Assembly: GCF_009914755.1 (NCBI RefSeq)
Contig: NC_060938.1
Direction: 5' to 3' (one strand)
Source of the DNA: the human T2T-CHM13v2.0 reference genome, Homo sapiens
Length of the DNA: 64,000 nt
The translations under genes and the position numbers were made by a program. The notes beneath the pieces are model-generated. The model made no database searches. It saw only the letters and a list, made by a program, of their open reading frames with translations, and was not told the DNA's origin. Positions 58,611 through 64,000 of this stretch are shown piece after piece. Every line of letters begins with the position of its first letter. Position 1 is the stretch's first letter.

Positions 58611-61600
58611 TCCAAAGCTGGTGCTTTTAACCTCTACCTTGCAATGACTTAAGGTCCCTGGGTATGAAGGAGAAAACAGGATGAGTTATCTGTGTTACCG
58701 CATGTCATTAGAGGTGAGGACATAGGTGAGCTTTCTACTCATTTTACAATCTAGAAAACAAGACCAGAGGGAACCTGTGTCCTGTCAGTGAACCATAACA
58801 GAACTTGAATCCAGGTCTCTCACCTCCTCCTCCCTGCCTACCCCATCTCCATGGGTTGGACTGATTGATTACCTGAGAGATCAGTTGGGCACAACACAGT
58901 ATTCCACACTTCTAGGGGCTTGGAAGAGGGCATACATAAACACCAACCAGTGCCCTGCCAGTAGGGCAGATGGCATGGGAATTTGTCCTACTGTTAAGGA
59001 ACAGCTAGTACTGGGGACAGCAAAGGATAACTGAAACATTAGTTAAAAGATGCCTCTCCCTTTAATCTCCTTGAACATAAATTATGATAATCAGTAACAA
59101 GGAGAAATTAGAAAGCTGAGATAATAAATGTGACAGAGCTTTGTAAACTCTAAAGTATTATATACAGGATGTTCTGAATATCTATTGAAACAAGGGGCAT
59201 GTTGTTAATACCCATTTACCAAAAAGAAACAATCTATCAGGTAGCTAGGGAACTGCTGCCTGCCATGGGGGGCAGGTCTCTCAAGGCTAGGAAACACCCT
59301 GCTTCCTGAGAACTCTTTTGTAACTCTCAGCAAGGCTAAGAGCATCAATGTTTCTTTCCAATGTTGCCAATGAGTGTCTCTGTCTCCTCCTCCCAGGTCT
59401 CAAGGCTGGCTGAGTAGCTGGCTGCCCACGTGGCGCCCCACTTCCATGTCTCAGCTGAAGAATGTGGAAGCCAGGATCCTCCAGTGTAAGTAGAATGGAC
59501 AGCTTGTCCCACCTCCCTCATGGAGCCCAAGAAGGATTCAGGATCTTCCCAGAGCCTGCTACATTGAGCCCACTGATTCCTAATTAACAGTGTGTATGGG
59601 GTGGGAGGAAAGGATGTCAGTTGTGTGAGGGAAGAGGTGCATACAGACGGCACCATATCTGATAATAGTGCTTCCTCACCATCTCCCTAGCCATGTGGAT
59701 AGTTCCTGCCACTTCCTGCAACTTCACCTCAAACCCTATGCCAGTGCCGGCTAACACACACAAACACGTACATTCTCCCCTTCCTCCTTCCTTCTCCCCC
59801 ATTTCTCTCTTCCTCCCCTCCTCTCTTCTCACCACACAAGTACTTCTTAGATTTACCACCTGCAGATCCTTGGCCAGCAATCTTGCATTCTCTGATGTTA
59901 CGATTCCTGTGTTCTACCTGGTTTTGGCCCCCCACCTATCTGGTTACCACAGTAGTTTGTGGTTTGCAGACCAGCTGTCATCGGCACTGTTACATTGCAG
60001 CAGGGCATCCCACTAGCGGCAGCAGCCACTCGCTCAAACAAGCCCCTTAAGCCACTTCTTCCCATATTTCCCTTATGATCTTCACCACACCCCTACTGCC
60101 CCAGCCATAGCTACCCTTTCTCTTCTGGGCCCGAGTAAGTGCAGACAAACAGCAGCCAGAGCTCTCAGGCCTCTGTCCAGGATCCAGGCTGCTCCACCCA
60201 GGCAGCTCTTCCCGGGAGACTGCTGTCACACCAGCAGAACAAGCACTGCCCCACCTCAGTCTCTCACCCGAGGCTCAGTCCACACCCATCACTCCCTCCA
60301 ACTGGCTGGACCACAGTTCTGTCCATCCATCAAGCCCCAAGCACACACAGGTTCAAGAGCAATAGATGCAAGAGCTCTGTGGGGTTGGTGGTGTCACTAC
60401 CACCTGGGGCTAAAGGGAGCTGGGCACGCTGTTTCAAGGGATAAGACGGTCCCGCTTATTATGTACAGACTACATGGTCTGTAAATGTGATTGGAGTTGA
60501 ATTCTTTAGAGTGTGTAGTGTTAAAGAAAAAGTGATTCTGACAGATTAAATCGGTAAAGATCATTCAAAACTACTGCAATAGGGGAGAGAGATCAGGCTC
60601 AACTCTTGAATACATTAAGGACTAGTGGGGATTTATAACCAAGCAGCATGGTGAGGGGGGTCAGTGGATAGAAAATTGCTGAGGAGATATCAAAGATAAA
60701 GGGAGATATCAAAGATAAAGGGAGTTCTTTTCAAACCAGTTTAACAGGATCATTGCTGAAGGAAGGTCAAAGGTGAGGGATGAGGAACTTGATCAAATAT
60801 GAAGGAATTCTTACTAACTGATGTATGACTTACTCATCCTGACTTTGCAGGATTCTTGCTAAGACTGAGCTAGACATTTGGAAGACAGGCCAGGGGCCAA
60901 GGTCAAAGCCTAGTCAAGAAGAGGGCTCAGAAGGGCTTGCCTAAAGTTTGGTTAAGGAGAGAGTTGTTTTCAGTGGTCAGAGGGTTGTGAGAGGAAGGAG
61001 CTGAGGGAAGTTGGGGAGGGTTCGGGAATGGAGAGAATGTGAAGAGTGGTAGTCCAGGCAAAATGATGATGCCGTCAGGAAACACTTATTGACTTACCAT
61101 GGGATTCTTTCCTCCCCAGGTCTCCAGAATAAGTTCCTGGCCAGATATGTATCCCTCCCAAACCAGAATAAGATCTGGACGGTGACTGTGAGCCCCGAGC
61201 AAAACGACCGCACCCCCTTGGTGATGGTGCATGGTTTTGGGGGCGGCGTGGGTCTCTGGATCCTCAACATGGACTCACTGAGTGCCCGCCGCACACTGCA
61301 CACCTTCGATCTGCTTGGCTTCGGGCGAAGCTCAAGGCCAGCATTCCCAAGGGACCCGGAGGGGGCTGAGGATGAGTTTGTGACATCGATAGAGACATGG
61401 CGGGAGACCATGGGGATCCCCAGCATGATCCTCCTGGGGCACAGTTTGGGAGGATTCCTGGCCACTTCTTACTCAATCAAGTACCCTGATAGGTAATAAG
61501 GAGATGGCTCCATCCCTCGTGACCTAATTCCTGGCCTTACTGGGAACTTTCCAGTATTCATTTCCAAACTTCTCTCATTCCCAGGCGATTTAAGGGGCTA

Positions 61601-61809
61601 TGGCAACTACCAGAGAATATAATGTGTCTTCTCCTCTTTCCGCCTTTAACATAGAGTTAAACACCTCATCCTGGTGGACCCATGGGGCTTTCCCCTCCGA
61701 CCAACTAACCCCAGTGAGATCCGTGCACCCCCAGCCTGGGTCAAAGCCGTGGCATCTGTCCTAGGACGTTCCAATCCATTGGCTGTTCTTCGAGTAGCTG
61801 GGCCCTGGG
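56037..61809 (+). CDS. ABHD4: Abhydrolase domain-containing 4 (N-acyl phospholipase B), 3'-partial join(56037..56059,59397..59485,61120..61492,61655..61809)
   Basis: [48 protein letters not shown]...HGFGG...GHSLG...[15 protein letters not shown]...; oxyanion HGFGG at 61230-61244 and GxSxG at 61437-61451; all junctions GT/AG and in phase (640 nt); later exons lie beyond the window. Confidence 0.97.
58561..58607. repeat. (TG)23 microsatellite, ABHD4 intron 1
   Basis: Perfect dinucleotide run. Confidence 0.97.
59397..59485 (+). CDS. ABHD4: ABHD4 exon 2
   Basis: TCCCAG acceptor, GTAAGT donor; 89 nt. Confidence 0.95.
60519..60972 (-). mobile_element. MER31-like ERV1 solo LTR, ABHD4 intron 2
   Basis: TG...CA termini, flanks GTAG/GTGG; minus strand starts TGAAAACAACTCTCTCCTTAACCAAACTTTAG. 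Confidence 0.72.
61120..61492 (+). CDS. ABHD4: ABHD4 exon 3 (catalytic Ser motif)
   Basis: CCCCAG acceptor, GTAATA donor; 373 nt. Confidence 0.97.
61655..61809 (+). CDS. ABHD4: ABHD4 exon 4
   Basis: CATAG acceptor, GTGAGT donor; 155 nt. Confidence 0.95.
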
Positions 61810-61930
61810 GTGAGTAGCCTGTAGTATCTCCTTAAAGGAAGGCTATAACGTTCTAGAAGGCCCACAGTGTCTTTCCCACTTATTCCTAAAAAGTGGAAAT
61901 TGGCCTAGCCTTGTTATTTAAAGCTGTTAA

Positions 61931-62638
<708 letters not shown>

Positions 62639-64000
62639 TCTGTGTGAAATTTTATGAAAACCTGCTGGTGATTCATGCCCAGTAACCACTGGATCCCATC
62701 CCTGTGGTTCACCCAACACCTGCAGCAGGGAGAGGTCAGAACCAAAGCCTCCAACATAACCCACAGTGGCAGGCAAGCCCCTCTGAACCATGCACTTGTC
62801 CAGGCAAGCACCACATCTTCACCTGCTCTGTGTCACCTAGCACTTGGTAGCTGTCAGCAAATTCTGTGGGTAAAAGGGAGAAAAGGAGGTGGAGGACCAT
62901 GGGGAGCTAGCCATAATGAATAGTATCAATATCTCCAGCCTTCTGACCTCACACTGCCAGCACCCTTCTCCGCTGGGGAGCTTTTTACTCTGATGAAGTG
63001 CAAAGCAGAAAAGTGCAATCTTTTCCAATGGAAAAGATTGGTGATGCCTGTCTTGTACTGATGATTGTGCTTACAGAGTAATATTCAATAGCCAATTATT
63101 ATGAGTTAATTGCTGATGGCTAAGTAAGAGTTATCTCTCTAGGTCCTTCAAGAAAAACAGAATGATTCCAGATAAAGAAAAAAAGCATTTGATTAGAAGA
63201 TAGGAGTTTAGGAGTTCTGAGAGAGAGGAAGGATACCAAGACACGGGTGCCAAAGGACAGTAAGTGGGCAGAGGCTCCCAGCACCGTGGTCTCCAACAGA
63301 GTCTATAGTCCTTTGCCAAAAAGAAGGTCTGCTTGAGCTACTCTCCCCTATTCTCACCTCTGGCCAGGCTCATGCAGGAGCATCAGAGCTATCATAGTTG
63401 GGGAAGTTGGCCAGCAGCCATGAGGGACTATGCAGGAGGGAGGGCCAGGCCCATGCAGATCCTCATGGCACCCCCAACCCAGCCCCTTCTTACCTCCCTC
63501 TTGCTTCTCATAAACAGAGAGAAGACCAGAGAGAAAGAGAGAGATCAGGGATCAGAAGTTGACCAGTAGACCTCATTTTTACAGTCTGTTGTTGCATGTA
63601 TGTATACCATAATGAGGTGAAACGAACAGATTGTTGTAAAACAGTGCCCTGAGTCTGAGACACGATTGTGTTTAGTTCACCTCTCCACATATTCTAATAC
63701 AGGCCTGAAAATGAGAGCGCTGTTGGGAGGTGGTCTAGTTCCATCCGCTACCATCAGAAGATTAAAAGGCCATAAGGGTGTCTGGGAGAAGGAGAACATA
63801 GCTCAGGCTATAAGAGAAGAGCATCTCAGCCATGGATTCTGATGGGGAGGGCTTGTGATTCTTGCAGGGAAAGATCTCGGGGCTTCATTGAGCTGAAAAT
63901 AACCTGGCTCCTCAGTGTTGTTAGATTGTCTCTAAATTCTTTGGTAATGAGCTGACTTTGTGATTTGAAGTCACCTGGACCTTCCCAGTAGATTCCTGCA

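Noticed and set aside
61094-61476. Antisense ORFs over ABHD4 exon 3
   Set aside because: Shadow frames of a GC-rich coding exon.

Overview
Human genomic DNA from the 3' end of the T-cell receptor alpha/delta locus (14q11.2), recognised from the encoded peptides. In order: the last three J-alpha segments (TRAJ3 with a usable 12-RSS; TRAJ2 and TRAJ1 with defective heptamers); the four-exon constant gene TRAC (+); a 10-bp-unit GC-rich minisatellite; the TCR-alpha enhancer (E-alpha) with nearby CTCF-like motifs; the complete three-exon DAD1 gene (-, 113 aa, convergent with TRAC); an LTR/Alu-rich intergenic gap; and exons 1-4 of ABHD4 (+, continuing past the window). The rest is Alu, L1, MIR/L2-type, MER DNA-transposon and solo-LTR sequence, and most ORFs in the six-frame track are Alu or repeat artefacts. 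I cannot demonstrate a wholly new system. The best leads are hypotheses: (i) the base that inactivates the TRAJ2 heptamer creates an in-frame ATG for a V-less 163-aa J2-C-alpha protein; (ii) the minisatellite 2 kb upstream of E-alpha repeats the enhancer's own RUNX-site 9-mer; (iii) E-alpha has the signals of a spliced, polyadenylated transcript; (iv) inverted Alus flank DAD1 exon 2. Repeat boundaries are approximate and subfamily names are assigned from memory of consensus sequences.
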